Part shown: positions 39,066-52,928 of the stretch, piece by piece
Position numbering within the stretch: the stretch's first letter is position 1
How the letters are laid out: each line of letters opens with the position of its first letter
From: Chiloscyllium plagiosum
Taxonomy: Eukaryota
Length of the DNA stretch: 64,000 nt
NCBI RefSeq assembly: GCF_004010195.1
Contig: NC_057718.1
Coordinates: forward strand, 48,791,859-48,855,858
Direction of reading: 5' to 3'
Made by a program: the position numbers and the translations under genes
Notes under the pieces: model-generated
The model's input: only the letters and a program-made list of their open reading frames with translations
What the model was told of the DNA's origin: nothing
The model's database searches: none

Positions 39066-40129
39066 AGATACATATATGTGGTGGGTTGAACAGAGAGGAA
39101 GTGAAACTGGAAAAGTGAAATATTATGTTCCAAATATCGCAATTAAATGAATGTTTTCACATGGCAGGGGTTTACCAAATAGTATGCTAACTAGTTCAGT
39201 GACAACATTGCTGTTGAAACAAAAGTTTTAAGAAGTAAGAAATAAACAGCTGGAGAGCTGAGTTATGAAAATTAGGAAAATTGAGTGCACTATCTCAGTG
39301 AAATTATTTTGATGCCAAAATACAATATTATCTAGAACTTCAATGCAAGATCTATCAATTTATTCTTATTGCTTTTACCAAACATTGACAAATCAGACAC
39401 AAACTATGAAGGCTGCCTTAAAATATCATATTAATTACTCATTTTATATTTATTTATATTGACTCATAGCTTTAAAAATGCTGTCATAATAACTTAGTTC
39501 TAGAATATACTATACTTTTTAATGTTTGTGGAAAGGCTCAGTTGTGATTTAAAATGTGCCAATGCTTTGATCACACATATTAAATGGACGAGCAAAAAGG
39601 TTGACAAGTCATGTCTTTCCCTTTTTGACTCAAAGAAATGTGTCACATAAATTTGATTTTTAAAAATGTTTTGTTATGTACAATATCTATGTTTGGAATT
39701 TTTTTCAATTTTAAAGTAAACACACATTGAAAAGTATTGCTGCTGATCTAAGTCCTTATTTGGTCCTGACCATAATCCAAAAGATGAACCTAAGTTCTTT
39801 AGTGGTCTTCTGGAGGTTAAATTGAACTAACCCATATATTATAACTGCTGCTAACAGTACAAGTTATGATCTAGGTCTATTTTAACAAAAAGTTATGACC
39901 AGTAAAATTAACAGGAAAAATATTTAAATCACAGCTTGAACCTTTAAGACTTGTTAGCTATAAAAGCTCATAAATCTGATCTATCTTAAAAAAAAAACTG
40001 ATGCCTCACCCGTTTAAGGACTTTAAAAGTGTGTATTCATTTGTAAGATGTTAGGCAGAAAGTTCCAGAATTTTAATCCACTGGATTGAAAGAAGATTGA
40101 AAGAAGTATGTCGCAATTAAAATGATCTG

Positions 40130-40750
40130 ACTTGATCGGAAACTTGAAGGTGATCAACAGCAGCTCCCATACTCATGAACTGCAACATTTAGAAGGACAA
40201 GAGCAGCTGGAACTATCAATTCCAAATGCCTTATGTGGTAATATATATAGCTATTATGTCACCTGTACTGGGCCATATTTTCAGCACAATGGAAATACCT
40301 TCACCACACAGAGTTCAGTGTAACAATATAGCAGGCTACCCACTACCCGCTCACCACCTGCCCAAGGGCAGTTTGGAAATGAGCAAATAATGCTGACTTT
40401 GCCAGCGATGTTCACATCCCATGCCTGAACAAGTTAATGAAAAGATATTGTGGTGGTGGCGGTGATTGAAGTTCAGGAGGTGCTGCAAAAACATCTCAGT
40501 GACCTCTGCAATGTATCCTGAAAATTGTGCACACTGCAGCCAACATGTGCCAATGATGTCTAGAGTAGATGGAATTTCATTCAAGAAAATTACTCTGCTC
40601 TGATGGGTTGACCCTCTTGTTATTATAGTTGCATCCATTGAAGCAGGTAGAGAGTATTCCATCACACTCCTAACTTCTAACTTGTAGGTGATGATGAGGC
40701 AATGGGGAGTCAGGAGATGACCCACTCACCGTAGAAAACCCAACCTTTGT
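40130..40750. mobile_element. Old LINE fragments (Crack/L2-CR1 group)
   Basis: Minus ORF HLLTPHCLIITYKLEVRSVMEYSLPA resembles the RT C-terminal HLLTP..YKAQVRSVMEYSP motif. Confidence 0.65.
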
Positions 40751-43020
40751 CCTGCTCCATTTGCCATGGCATTTATGTAGCTACTTCTGTGGAGTTTCTC
40801 GTTATTGGCAATGTGCCAAGATGTAGCAGATTCTTTGATGGTAAAGCTGTCCAACGGTGTGAATGGTCTTTGTTATGTATCAACCGAAGTCTAAATATTG
40901 TCCTGGCCTTGAATAACTTGATTCCGGGAAGAATTGGAATTTGAAATGAACAATCTGTGTTCATCAGTAAACAGCTGAGAGAGATTAAATGCTCCTCTGG
41001 ATTTCACAAGAATAACATGGGCTGCTGCCATTCTGAATCGACCCATAATTCATAAGACTTCATTAGTGGTTTGTTAATCTTAACAATGATTTCACCCAAT
41101 TTTTCACAAAATTGGAGAAGTGTCCCATTTTGGAAAACAGTTATTGCCAACAAATTCTCTTTCATTTCCAACACTAGGGATCAAAAATTTCAAACATATT
41201 GACATTCAGAGTTTTGTATTCGTCTATTTTTCTTTTTGATTAAATTGATTTGAACCACTGATCACACATCAGCTTCGCAGATTCACAATTGATTGTTCTG
41301 TAGAAACAAATACTTTTTTGTGCTTTGATTATTCTTCGTGTACCATTTTGTAGCTTGCCTTGAACTTAGAGCGATGAGCTGACTGTGTCCTTCATCCAGC
41401 TTCCTCCTGCCATCAGAATGCACTTGGAATCCTTACTCTAACATCCTAATTAAGAGCTTTCTGTATTCCTTTGAGACTTAGTAGTTAATGAGCACCATCC
41501 GGTAGGTCAGCTACAAGCTATTTGCCCTGAGATAAGGGGCAAACTGTTGAAAATTCCCATGGAAATAATCAGATTAACCTGTTAATGAGTAAAACATTAC
41601 AGAGAACAGGAAAAAATAGTGCAGAATAGGCTCTTTTAGTAAATAAATCTTTTAGTTTACCTCACTCTTGTGTAGTGATTTTTTGCATTATGATATATCA
41701 TTGAGTTTCATAATGGCTCTCCAAACACCCTCATTAACATTTACAATACAGCAAATGATCAGGAGAAACCAGCCATCCCACCCTTTCTTAGAAATTCAAG
41801 CTCAGTGGATTTAGTTTAACTTAAACTGTTGATGTGACGATGCCTTCGGAAACATAATTTCTCCTAATTTGGCAAGTGACTTGGGAGGTCTGTCCAAAGA
41901 CTTAAGCAGGGTAGTGTGACAGCTGGTATGAGGTGTAATCAAACACCAATAGAATGTTTCTCACTCACCATTTGTGACAATGAAAAGTACAATTATAAAC
42001 GATAATTAGCTCCCACATCTTGACAATATGACCTCGGGGTGGAATTCTAAATGCAGGTTTGGATAGCAAACTTAGGCTTTGCCATCCCAAATCTTTCCAT
42101 ACTTGGATTCTGTTTTGCATCCAAAATGGCATTAGTGACATCTCTGAACAATTCTGATGTTAGACACCATTTGGTGAAGGTGTAATCACAGGCTGGAAGT
42201 AGGCAAACTCTGATGTCAATCTGTCAATGTGTAACGTTGGTTGATACACCAGCCCTAGAGTTCTTAGGTCCAGCTGTTTCCCTCTCTTAACCTTACAAAC
42301 TGAGCTTATGGTCATCATACATAGGATCCTGACCAGCGCTCCTTCAATGCTAGTTGCTGATTGATTTTGTAGAAGTATATGGTGACCTCCAGAGCTCTGT
42401 AAAGTCGTATGGGAATGGTGCAGATGTACTCTCCTGAATTCAGGAATTGTGCACCACCACTTACAGGCATGCATCAGAGTAATTTTCATCCACATGGAAA
42501 TGTATCATGGCAGGGAAAATGAGTAAAAGTGACACAGATCTGCTCAAAAAGGAAGGAGGGGAGAAAAACTCTTGGGAGGAATTTGCATCCCCAAAGTGTT
42601 TAGACAGCAATTTCTCCAATGGAAGTTCAGTGAGGAACAATGAGTCAGGGGGTTTTGCCTCACTAAATTGGTCCTCATTGAAATCTGTGCTGAATGCAGT
42701 CACAACTGCACATTTAGAGGGTGAGGACAGTGTTATCAATAGCAGTGAAGGTGACTGTGTCCATAAACATTTATGGAATTACCCTTTCCAGGTTAGAGAA
42801 AGTAATTTGTGATAGCTGTCTTTATTGTCTTCTGCTGGATAAGAATAGTCACTGAGATTCTGTATTCCAAGTGAATATTTAATTTTTGTAGCTGTGTGAG
42901 GTTCGCAGGTTTCCCTGGTGCAGGCTGTCATTGATTGCAGACAAGATGGTTACTGAATACTGCACATCAACTCTGAGCTGTCCCAAAACCGAGAGGGATT
43001 CTGTTCTTTCGCTGTCCATA

Positions 43021-43335
43021 AGACTATAAGACCATGAGACCTAGGAGTGGTAGTAAGGCCATTCGGCCCATCGAATCCACTCCACCGTTTAATCATGGCT
43101 GATGGGCACTTCAAGTCCACTTACCTGCACTCTCCCCATAGCCCTTCATTCCTTGTGAGATCAAGAATTTATCAATCTCTGCCTTGCGCACCCTGGCAAC
43201 AAATTCCATAGGCCCACCACTCTGGCTAAAGAAATGTCTCCTTATTGCCATTCTGAATTGACCCCCTCTTATTCTAAGATGTGCCCATGGGTCCTAGTTT
43301 CCCTGTCTTATGGAAACAACTTCCCAGTGTCCACC
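43021..43335 (-). mobile_element. CR1 3' fragment
   Basis: (ccataaga) tail; ggccattcggcccatcga; ggcccaccactctggct. Confidence 0.85.
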
Positions 43336-43617
43336 CTTGTGGAGCTGTCCAGCTGATATGTACAATCAGACAGAATTTATCATGCAGTTCACTGCCCAGA
43401 ATTCGGCATCAGTCAATAGTACCTTCATTATGTGACAGGCTGCTGAGTCAATTGCATTTTAACCCCCATCACAAACTACAGGGCCACTCCTGGCTGATAA
43501 ATGTTATCCATTGAACACATGCTGCATGACTCTGCTGTCTAACTGTGGTCGATGTGACATCCTCCCAACAGCCCTTCACCCCTTCCTCCTTGTCTTTTTT
43601 TGAATAGCTTTTGGATT

Positions 43618-45520
43618 CATAGAGTCATACAGCATAGAAACAAATCCTTTGGCTCACCATGTCTATGTTGACCAACAAACACCAAACTATGCTAATCCCT
43701 TTTACCTGCACTTGGTCCACAACTTTTTATGCCCTGGCATTTTAATACTCATCCAGATGCTTCTTAAATGTTGCTGGGTACCACCTTCTCAGGCAGCATG
43801 TTCCATATATCTACCACCCTCTTTCAGAATTTTTTTTCTCTCGGATCTCCTCTCAACCACCTACTCCTCACCTTAAACTTCTGTCCTCTAGTCATGGACA
43901 CATCTGCCATGGGGAAAAGATTCTCTGTCTGTGCCTCACAATTTTGTACATCTCAATCAGAGACCCCCCTCAGCTTCTTCTGCTCCAGGGCAACCAAACC
44001 CAACCCATCCAGTCTCTTTACATAACTGAGACTTTTCATCCTAGGCAACACCCTGGTGAATCTGCTCTGCATCCTTTCCAGCGCAATCACATCCTTTCAA
44101 TAGTGTGGTAACCAGAACTGCACACAGTATTCCATCTTTGGCTTAACCAATGTTTTATAAAGTTGTGACAAGACTGTATTCTACACCCTGGCTAATGAAA
44201 TCAAGTATCCTATATGCCTTCTTCACCACTCTGTCTACCTGTGCTTAAACTTTCAGGGATATATTGCCTGTACACCAAGCTCCTATTGTTCCTCAGTCCT
44301 CCCTCAGAACCTACCAATCATTATGTATCCTTCCCTTATTAGACTTCCCACAATGCACATCAGGATTAAATTCCATCTGCCATTGCTCTGCCCAATTTAC
44401 CAGCTGATCAATATTAGACTGTAGCCTGAGATGGCCCTCTACACTACAGCAATACCACCAATTTTCATGTCATCTGCAAATTTACAAATTTAACCTTCTC
44501 CATCCACATCCAAATCATTAATGTACATATCAAAGAGCAAGCTTCCCAGCACTGATCCCTGCGCTGGTCATTGGCTTGCAGTCTTATCCTGCTCATGTCT
44601 TCTCCACCTACTGGAATGGCCTGGCCATTCTGTTTGGACTTTCTCCCAATTTTCCATCAACTTTGTGTCCCATAACCCTGCCAAATCAATTTAAAACATC
44701 CCTAACAGCACAAACAAACCTTCCAAAAGAAAATTCAGGTTCCGGTGCAATCAGTCCAGTTGGTACAGATCCTCAAAAGATGTCCCAATGATCCAAAAAT
44801 CTAAAGCCCTCCCTCCTACTCCATCCCTTTAGCCACACGTTCATCTGACCTATCTTCTTTTTCCTATACTCAGTAGTGCTTTGCACTGGAAGTCATCCAG
44901 CGATTGCAACCTCAGTAGTCTTCCTCTTTAATCCACTACCTAACTCTCTAAATTCCTGTTGCAGAACCTTGTTTCTTTTTTTTCCCAGGTTATTGGTACT
45001 GACATGTACCATGAGTGACGGTTCACCCTCCCTTTTCAGAATGCCCTGAAAGGGACATCCCTGTCCTTGGCACCAGGGGAGACAGCACACCATTCACGAG
45101 TCTCGCTTGCTGCCGCAGAACCACCTGTCTAACACGTTACCCTTACCAACAGGTTCTCTACTGGTAATCTTCCACCATTGCTGTGCAGCAGAGCCAATCA
45201 TCGAGCTACAAACTTGGCTGTTGCTGCTTTCGTCTGCCCCCACCCCCACCGTAGTATTTGAAATGGTATATGAGTCTGTGAGTGGGATGGTCACAGGAGA
45301 CTCCTGCTCTATCTGTCCATGCGTACTAGTCTTCCTGGTGGCTATCTAACACATTTCTCTCTGTGTAGCTCTGATGGTGTGACCAGCTCACTAAACATAC
45401 TATCTACAACCTCCTCAGCATCACAGATCCTCCAGCTACTCCATGCAGTGAATCAGGACCTGAAGCTGAACACATTTCCTGCATAGCTGGTCACCATGGA
45501 GACTGCCAGTGCCCCTGATT
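43618..45520 (-). mobile_element. Internally deleted CR1: RT/3' end (43618-44590) plus ORF1 esterase region (44680-45520)
   Basis: MVCCLP..EGEPSLMVHVSTNNLGKKRNKVLQQEFRELGSGLK (ORF1-like); catctgcaaa/cagcactgatccctg RT motifs. Confidence 0.8.
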
Positions 45521-45617
45521 TTCCTTATATTGCTGAGAAATTATCTTGCCATTGTAAATGTTACCAATTACAAATGTTAAACTGGGAGCAACTTACTCAT
45601 AAAATCTACTCCTTTCC

Positions 45618-45751
45618 CACTCCCGCTCCAACTGAGCTCAATCAACTCCCTCTCCTGCTCCTGCTCTGACTAAGCTTGATTCATTCTTCTCCTACTCGGA
45701 CTGAGCTCAATCCTCTCCATCCCACGCTCTGACTGAGCTCAATCCTCTCCA
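45618..45751. repeat. Short imperfect tandem repeat (about 4 x ctcNNactgagctcaatc)
   Basis: Direct; lies at the 5' end of the CR1 above. Confidence 0.7.
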
Positions 45752-46022
45752 CTTGCCTGGATGGGTGCAACTCCAACAACACTGAGGAAACTTGACACCA
45801 TTCAGGATAAAACAGCTCGCTTGATTGGGACGAGTGACCAATTATTGATGACAAAGGCCTTCACCTGGGTGAAGAGAACAGAAAGAGACCCTGAACTGGG
45901 GGAGATTGGATAGCTTCTCCTATCCAGTTCACAACTGCCCTTAACTGCTCGGATACCAATCACATAGTTGTTGGTAGGTCATCAATAATTGGTCACGAGT
46001 CCAGAGAGCAGTCAGATATTTA

Positions 46023-46200
46023 AATAAAACAAAGAATTGCAGATGCTGGAAATCTGAAAGAAAAACAGAAATTGATGCAGAAACTCAGCAGTTCTGGCAG
46101 TATCTGTGGAGAGAAAACAGAGTCAACGTTTTGTGTCTAGTGACCCGTCTTCAGAAATGAGTCACTGACCTTTCTCCACCAATCTCTGTTCGTGTTCCAG
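46023..46200. mobile_element. Penelope-like terminal fragment
   Basis: aaagaattgcagatgctggaaatctgaa...ctcagcagttctggcag; hammerhead-like ctgaagacgggtcactagacacaaaac on the minus strand. Confidence 0.7.
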
Positions 46201-46469
46201 CCTGATGCTTGTTACTGGCTGAATAACCATTTGTGCACACCCCTTGGCTCCAGTCCATCTATAAACTAAACTTCAGCTCGGTTTGAACAAGCTGCTGCCA
46301 AAAGTGCATTTACAATGAGTATCAGTCTATTGGCTTTTAAAAAGTGCAGAAATCCTTCAACTAGTTTCCATTTTAAAATAAAAATGAAACAAAGAATCAT
46401 GCTGGTGATCTGAACTATAAATAGAAATTACTGAAGAAGCTCAACAAGTCCAGCAGCATCTGTGAAAAT

Positions 46470-47392
46470 TAAGACCATAAGACATAGGATCATTCAATCA
46501 TGGCTGATGGGCATTTCAACTCCACTTACCCGCATTCTCCCTGTAGCCTTTAATTCCTTGTGACTCAAGAATTCATCAATCTCTGCCTTGAAGACATTTA
46601 GCATCCCGGCCTCCACTGCACTCTGCGGCAATGAATTCCACAGGCCCACCACTCTCTGGCTGAAGAAATGTCTCCGCATTTCTGTTCTGAATTTACCCCC
46701 TCTAATTCTAAGGCTGTGTCCACGGGTCCTAGTCTCCTCGCCTAACGGAAACAATNNNNNNNNNNNNNNNNNNNNNNNNNNNNNNNNNNNNNNNNNNNNN
46801 NNNNNNNNNNNNNNNNNNNNNNNNNNNNNNNNNNNNNNNNNNNNNNNNNNNNNNNNNNNNNNNNNNNNNNNNNNNNNNNNNNNNNNNNNNNNNNNNNNNN
46901 NNNNNNNNNNNNNNNNNNNNNNNNNNNNNNNNNNNNNNNNNNNNNNNNNNNNNNNNNNNNNNNNNNNNNNNNNNNNNNNNNNNNNNNNNNNNNNNGTCTA
47001 GATCCTTCTGCAGCCTCCCCACTTCCTCATTACTACCTGCCTGTCCACCTAACTTCGTATCATCGGCAAACTTCACTAGAATGCCCCCAATCCCTTCATC
47101 CAGATCATTAATATATAACGTGAACAGCTGCGGCCCCAACACTGAACCCTGCGGGACACCGCTTGTCATCGGCTGCCATTCCGAAAAAGAACCTTTTATC
47201 CCAACTTTCTGCCTTCTGTCAGACAGCCAATCCTCAATCCATATCAGTAGCTCACCTCGAACACCATGGGCCCTCACCTTGCTCAGCAGCCTCCCATGTG
47301 GCACCTTATCAAAGGCCTTTTGGAAGTCTAGATAGACCACATACACTGGGTTTCCCTGGTCTAACCTACTTGTCTCCTCTTCAAAGAAATTA
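46470..47392 (-). mobile_element. CR1 RT fragment spanning an N gap
   Basis: VVYLDFQKAFDKVPH..SGVPQGSVLGPQLFTLYINDLD..KFADDTKL. Confidence 0.95.
46756..46995. other. Assembly gap (240 N)
   Basis: Run of N. Confidence 1.
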
Positions 47393-48428
47393 GACAAAGT
47401 TTTGAGTCCAATGACTCTTTATCAGAACTGATATTAGGGAAATAGGTCTTTATGCTGAAGATGAGGCTGAGGTTGGTTGGATGGGGAGGGTGTGGAGAAG
47501 TAGATAGTTAGAGATAGAGCCCAGAGGCAGAGAGATATCAAAGAGGACATAATTGATTGTAGGTCAGGACAGAAGAGAAGCTGAAAACGTGATAATGAGA
47601 GTTGAGGGTAGAAGAGAATGGGTAGTCTGTGCTAAAAGCAACACGTAATCTGACAGGATCAGGGTGAGGGGGTGGGTGAAAAATATGAAAGGATAGAATC
47701 AGGTTCTAAAGTTATTGAACTCGATGTTGAGTCCTAAAGGCTGCAGGGTCCCCGAGTGGAAAATCAGATGGTGTTCTTCCAGCTTGTGCCGAGGCTTGCT
47801 GGAACATTACACCAGGCCTGAGACAGAAACGTTGACCAAGGAACACAGTGGTGTGTTGAAATGGCTGGTGACTAGAAGCTCATGATCCTTTTTATGGACA
47901 TTTAAAAAGTTTTTAACATTTTTTTAAAAAAAGGTTCTTTCCCCATTTCAGATCTCAATTAAAATACAGAAAAATATAAAGATACAGTCTTTGTATAATC
48001 AAAACTGAGACATTGGTATCAGATATTTTGTCATGTTTGGATCTGCAAATATTCTCAGAGTTGGCATCAATTTTCACGATGGTATAGCACCAATGTTCCG
48101 TACAAAACGTTGTGACTATTTGTTCCTGAACTCCTCCATGCTACTTGGGCATGTACAATAGGCATTATTATGCCTTGTGTGTGTCCATCATCCTTCTTCT
48201 TTAGACCAGTCAGTCAACCTCCTCAACTAAGCCCTCTGCAGCAGAACCCATGTGTGACCCCCACCTTGGTTCAGTGTTTTAAAAAAAACCTGTGCTGGAT
48301 GTAGACTATTGGTGGTAGGTGTCTTACCACATGCCAGTTCCATCCCTTATCGCTCATCTAAAGTATGCACATTGCCATCACCTGAGCTGGTGGCTGAGAA
48401 TATGAGCTGATTCTTGGTCATCACTATC

Positions 48429-48647
48429 GTGAGTTAGGTGCTGGAAAAGCACAGCAGGTCAGGAAGCATCTGAGGAGCAAGAGATTCAATGTTTCGGGCA
48501 TAAGCCTTTCATCAGGATTCATTTCTGATGAAGGTCTTATCCAAAACATCGATTCTCCTGCTCCTCGGATGCTGCCTGGCATGCTGCGCTTTTCTCGCAA
48601 TGCACTCTTGACTCTGATCTTCAGCATCTGCAGTCCTCACTTTCTCC
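48429..48647. mobile_element. Penelope-like fold-back insertion with 17-bp TSD
   Basis: TSD tcttggtcatcactatc at 48412-48428 and 48648-48664; two inverted terminal-repeat copies, each with CTGATGA. Confidence 0.9.
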
Positions 48648-48956
48648 TCTTGGTCATCACTATCTTCCTTCTCTTCCAGTATTTTCTCTACCATCATTGC
48701 ATGGAAGTATGCAGTTCTTTGAAATGTGACAATGACAACAGTATGGCTGTGGTGAGGGTGGGAGTTGGTGTGGTTTGGACAGTGGTGGGGACACTAAAGC
48801 CAGGCGCACACATTTGCAGATTTCAAATGAGAAGGAATTTGGAGATGCAGTGGAAGTGAAATATGGGAAGGACGCTTAGATGTAAGGGTAATGTCATCAC
48901 AATTTTTTCAGCCTTGAGGCTAGAAATCATCTCCAATGTGGTTGCTCCAATAATGG

Positions 48957-49086
48957 CAAAAGTGAGGACTGCAGATGCTGGAAATCAGAGTCTAGATTAG
49001 AGTGGTGCTGAAAAAGCACAGCAGGTCAGGCAGCATCTGAGGAGCAGGAAAATCAATGTTTCAGGCAAAAGCCCTTCATCAGGAAT
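48957..49086 (-). mobile_element. Penelope-like terminal repeat with hammerhead core
   Basis: The minus strand reads CTGATGAagggcttttgcctGAAAcattga. Confidence 0.85.
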
Positions 49087-50049
49087 GAAATCATGTCAGC
49101 TCTATCCAGGGACAGATATGAAGCCATATCCTTCCTCCATCAGTTAAGTCCTTCTGTCTCTAGTTCTCTGTCATCATGACCTGGAGTGGAAGACAAAGTA
49201 TCTCACTCAGTGTTGTGGAATGTAGCTGTCATGATTGAAAACTAGCAATGCATGCGAGCTGTGAAATGCGAATGCAATGCTTTCAGGAATATTAGATACA
49301 TGCGACAAAGGAGAGTTGATGAAATTGAACACTGCGTCATGATTGCTGTCAACAAGTGTTCAGTGAGTAATGATAGGGTGATGCATTAAAACAATGTGAG
49401 TCTAACAGAGCAGTTGGTAGGATTTGAAGATTGATTCACCACCCTTAAAGATTTGTGTAAGGTCATTGAACATTGAACATCTTATAGCACTGCACTCATA
49501 TGCAGACAGCTGTCTGGTCTTATTGTCTTCATAAAGTTTGATGGAAGGATTTTTCTCCTGGCCACCTCCCCCACCAAAGCATTTAGTACAGCATCAGAGA
49601 AACTTGGAGCATACCAGGGGTCACAATATTTTTTTGAGTGATCTCAAGATTTTTTTCTCGAGAGCTACGTTTTGGTTGTTGCATGCTGTGTTTTGGTTTT
49701 CAGCGCTACATTTTTCAATCTAATCAACTCATTTATCCAATGATGCAGTCATGTAGTAACAATGTTTTTTGTAGAGTTGTTGAAATATTGGATATTTAGG
49801 CTCATACCGAAACAGAATTAGAAGAATTCATCATTATCCTCAATAATCATGATTTGTTAACTCTTGAGCAAAGACAGACAAGGAAAGCATTAATTTCCTA
49901 AACAAATGAAATTACCAAGACAAGTTAATAGCAAAAGCATCTTTCAAAATAACTGACACAAACATTGTGACACAAATAGGTATCACCCCAAACATACTTT
50001 CCATGGATTATTGAGGTCACAGGGAATATGTTTCTGTTACATTTGCACA

Positions 50050-50290
50050 AAGTCACAAGAATTAAATTAGACAGTGATGACAATCTCAATCTCACATTTA
50101 AATTTACAATTGATTTAGCATTGTCATTGATCTAGCATCAAATACAGTTTGCAGAGGAAAATTCCAAACATCTGCCACCCTTTTTGTGTAGAACTGTGTC
50201 CTAATTTCACTCCTCAGAGATATAGTTTTTAAAATTATGTCTCTTTGATCTATCCCCCTTAAATTGATCAATAATTGACATTTCTTTCCA
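50050..50290 (-). mobile_element. Old CR1 fragment
   Basis: RSEIRTQFYTKRVADVWNFP. Confidence 0.6.
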
Positions 50291-50854
50291 ATCATAATAC
50301 ATCTCCTTTATTAAAGCAGTGACTACACTTTCAACATATTTCATTGGCTTAATTGAATATAACATCTTTGGATGTCCTAATGGGTCGAGTTCTGTTTGTA
50401 TGCAGCTCTGATGCACATCGGAATGTATCATAAGAGCAGCTGGAACACAACAGCTTATTATCAGCCCCTAAACATTCTGAACAATAATATGCTGCAATTA
50501 AGATTGTATAACTGAAGCTTCTATTTCTGTTGGCAAATCTACATTATTTCAGTTGTAGAAAGAAAAATAGATAACACAATTGTTTCATGTATTCTAGTTC
50601 AATGGAAGAAAAACAATGGTTGGTTTTTGGTGTGGCTGATAAATAAAAATAAATAAACAAGCTGCTCAAAATATTGAACAAGGTAGATAAATTGTACTGT
50701 CCATGCATTCCTTACCTTCTTAGTGAAGAATTTGGGCACAATATTTGGGAAGAATTTTGCATTTGTATATTGGGTTTGCCTATCATTGAGAATGGGGATT
50801 GTTGTGAAACCTCCCCCTCCAGTGAGTTGTTTAATTGCCCACCACCATTCATGA

Positions 50855-50980
50855 TTCCTGAAGAAGGGCTTATGCCCAAAACGTCGATTCTCCTGTTCCC
50901 TGGATGCTGCCTGACCTGCTGCACTTTTCCAGCAACACATTTTCAGCTCTGATCTCCAGCATCTGCAGTCCTCACTTTCT
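50855..50980 (+). mobile_element. Penelope-like terminal repeat with 16-bp TSD, inside an old LINE
   Basis: TSD ccaccaccattcatga at 50839-50854 and 50981-50996; CTGAAGAagggcttatgccc core. Confidence 0.9.
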
Positions 50981-51209
50981 CCACCACCATTCATGACCTG
51001 ATATGGAAGAACTAGAGAGCTTAAATCTGGTCTGTTGGTTGTTGTTAAATTCTGCCTTTCTCATTCTGCTTACTGTGCTTGGCATTGTCGTAATCCTGGG
51101 TTATATCTTCATCTGGTTGATACCTCATTTTTAACTCTGCTGGTGCTACTACATGCCCTTCTGTACTCTTTATTGATCCAGGGTTGATCACCAGAGTTGA
51201 CAAATATTA

Positions 51210-51540
51210 ATTAAATGGAGAAAAACCTCAGGATTTGAGAGTCCTTATGTATAAAATCACAAAACAGCTTCCATAAAATGTTCGGAATGTAATAAAGAAA
51301 ACAATTGGAATGTGGCCTTTATTTCAAGAGGAATAGTGTATAAAAGCTGGAATCTCTTGCTAAAACTAAACAAGGCAGTAATCAGACTACATTTGGCATA
51401 CTGTGGACATTCTGGAGCCTCTTATTTAAGGCAAGGGATACTGGCATTGGAGGCAGTACGGACAAGGTACACTGAGTTGTTCCTGGCCATAGAGGGATTG
51501 TATAATGAGAAGATGTTGAGTAAGTTGGAACTTGACTCAT
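51210..51540 (+). mobile_element. Old CR1 fragment
   Basis: AFISRGIVYKS..LLKLNKAVIRLHLAYC..ILALEAV. Confidence 0.75.
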
Positions 51541-52029
51541 GATTTTTGGTCACTTCTGCCATTTTATACACGTGTGATGGACACTGACCAAGAATCCATC
51601 CTGGCATAATGACCTTGGAACTAAGACATTCTTGCCACCCAAAAGGATTTATCAATCAAATCTCACTTGGATTTGAGGTAAAACTACTATGAACTTTACA
51701 TTTTACCTCAGAATAGAAAACATCTCATCACAAGGTGAGTGAAGAATTTAGTCAGTTAAAAATGGAAGTTATTATGGCATTGGCAGTTTATTTGCCTTCC
51801 ATTCCTATTGAAGGAGATACATTACGTATTATGTATAGAGACTGTACTTCCCAAGGGCTGGTGGATCCTATCAAAAGGCATGTTTCTTCAGCTGTTCACA
51901 ACAGGTAGTTAGGACAAAGTACTAACTTTACTGAACCAGCACGTGATTATAAAACTCAAAACTGTGTCTAATATTGAGTGCAAATCTGTGGTTGAAGAAC
52001 GTGCTAAATAGTGAGAAGATTGCAATATT

Positions 52030-52715
52030 GGTGCAGGGATGTCTTGCTGCAATTGTTACAGGGCTTTGTGAGACTACACCTGGAGTATTGATTGCAATTT
52101 TGGTATCCTTATCTGAAGAAGGATGTTCTGGCTATAGAGGGAGTACAATGAAGGTTTGCCAAATTGATTCCTGGCTTATCATAACTGGTATGAGGAGAGA
52201 TTGGGTCAGTTAGGTTATTTTCACAGGAGTTCACAAAATTGAGGGGTGATCTCAAAGAAAGCAAAACATTTTAACAACACCAGGCAGGAGTACACATAGG
52301 GAAGGATGTTCTTGATAACCAGAGAGGGCAGAACCAAGGGTGAGAGGGTAAGGATATGAGGTAGACCATTTAGGACTGAGATGAGGAGAAATTTCTTCAG
52401 CCAGAGAATGNNNNNNNNNNNNNNNNNNNNNNNNNNNNNNNNNNCTGCGAGGCAGCAGTGCTAACCACTGTGCCACCGTGCCGCCCACAGAACCACAGAA
52501 CCACACTGTGCCACCTACCACAGAAAGTGGATAACCTCAAATCATTGAATGTTTTAAAGAAGGAGTTCAATGTAGTTCTTAGGGCTAAAGTGATCAAAGG
52601 GTACAAGAGAAAAGCAGGCACAGGATACTGAGGTGGATGATCCACCATGATCATATTGAAAGGTGCAGCAGGCTTGAAGGCCAAATACCCTGCTCCCGAA
52701 ATCATTTTCTATGTT
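52030..52715 (+). mobile_element. CR1 3' fragment with nested HE1 SINE head (52445-52486, minus) beside a 34-N gap (52411-52444)
   Basis: gactacacctggagtatt...taggactgagatgaggagaaatttcttca; gtgctaaccactgtgccaccgtgccgccc. Confidence 0.8.
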
Positions 52716-52789
52716 TCCGTATGTCTCTGTTAATTATACTGTTAGCCAGTTTAGGATTGTCAGTCAGTAAGAATCCCAGTCTACAAACT

Positions 52790-52928
52790 ATATGCAGAGT
52801 CCGGCTCCACGCAGACAGAAAGATCATGCACTGTGGCTATTTCAACTTAATTAAAGAGGCCATTGCTATCCAGTAACTCATTCCTCAAGACAATGCGTTG
52901 ACCAATCAGAGTTATCCTGCTTGGTTTA
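52790..52928 (+). mobile_element. Penelope-like element, left half (right half 61440-61660)
   Basis: caatgcgttgaccaatcagag motif recurs as caatacctctaccaatcagaa at about 61502; sequence reads through if 52929-61439 is removed. Confidence 0.6.

Larger units (their letters stand above)
46385..47890 (-). mobile_element. Penelope-like element 3' part with GIY-YIG C-terminus, interrupted by CR1
   Basis: Minus strand of 47703-47885 reads LVTSHFNTP..KLEEHHLIFHSGTLQPLGLNIEFNNFR*. Confidence 0.8.

Noticed and set aside
45618..45751. Repeat-spacer pattern reminiscent of CRISPR
   Set aside because: Eukaryotic context, irregular short related spacers, no cas genes; a minisatellite at a CR1 5' end
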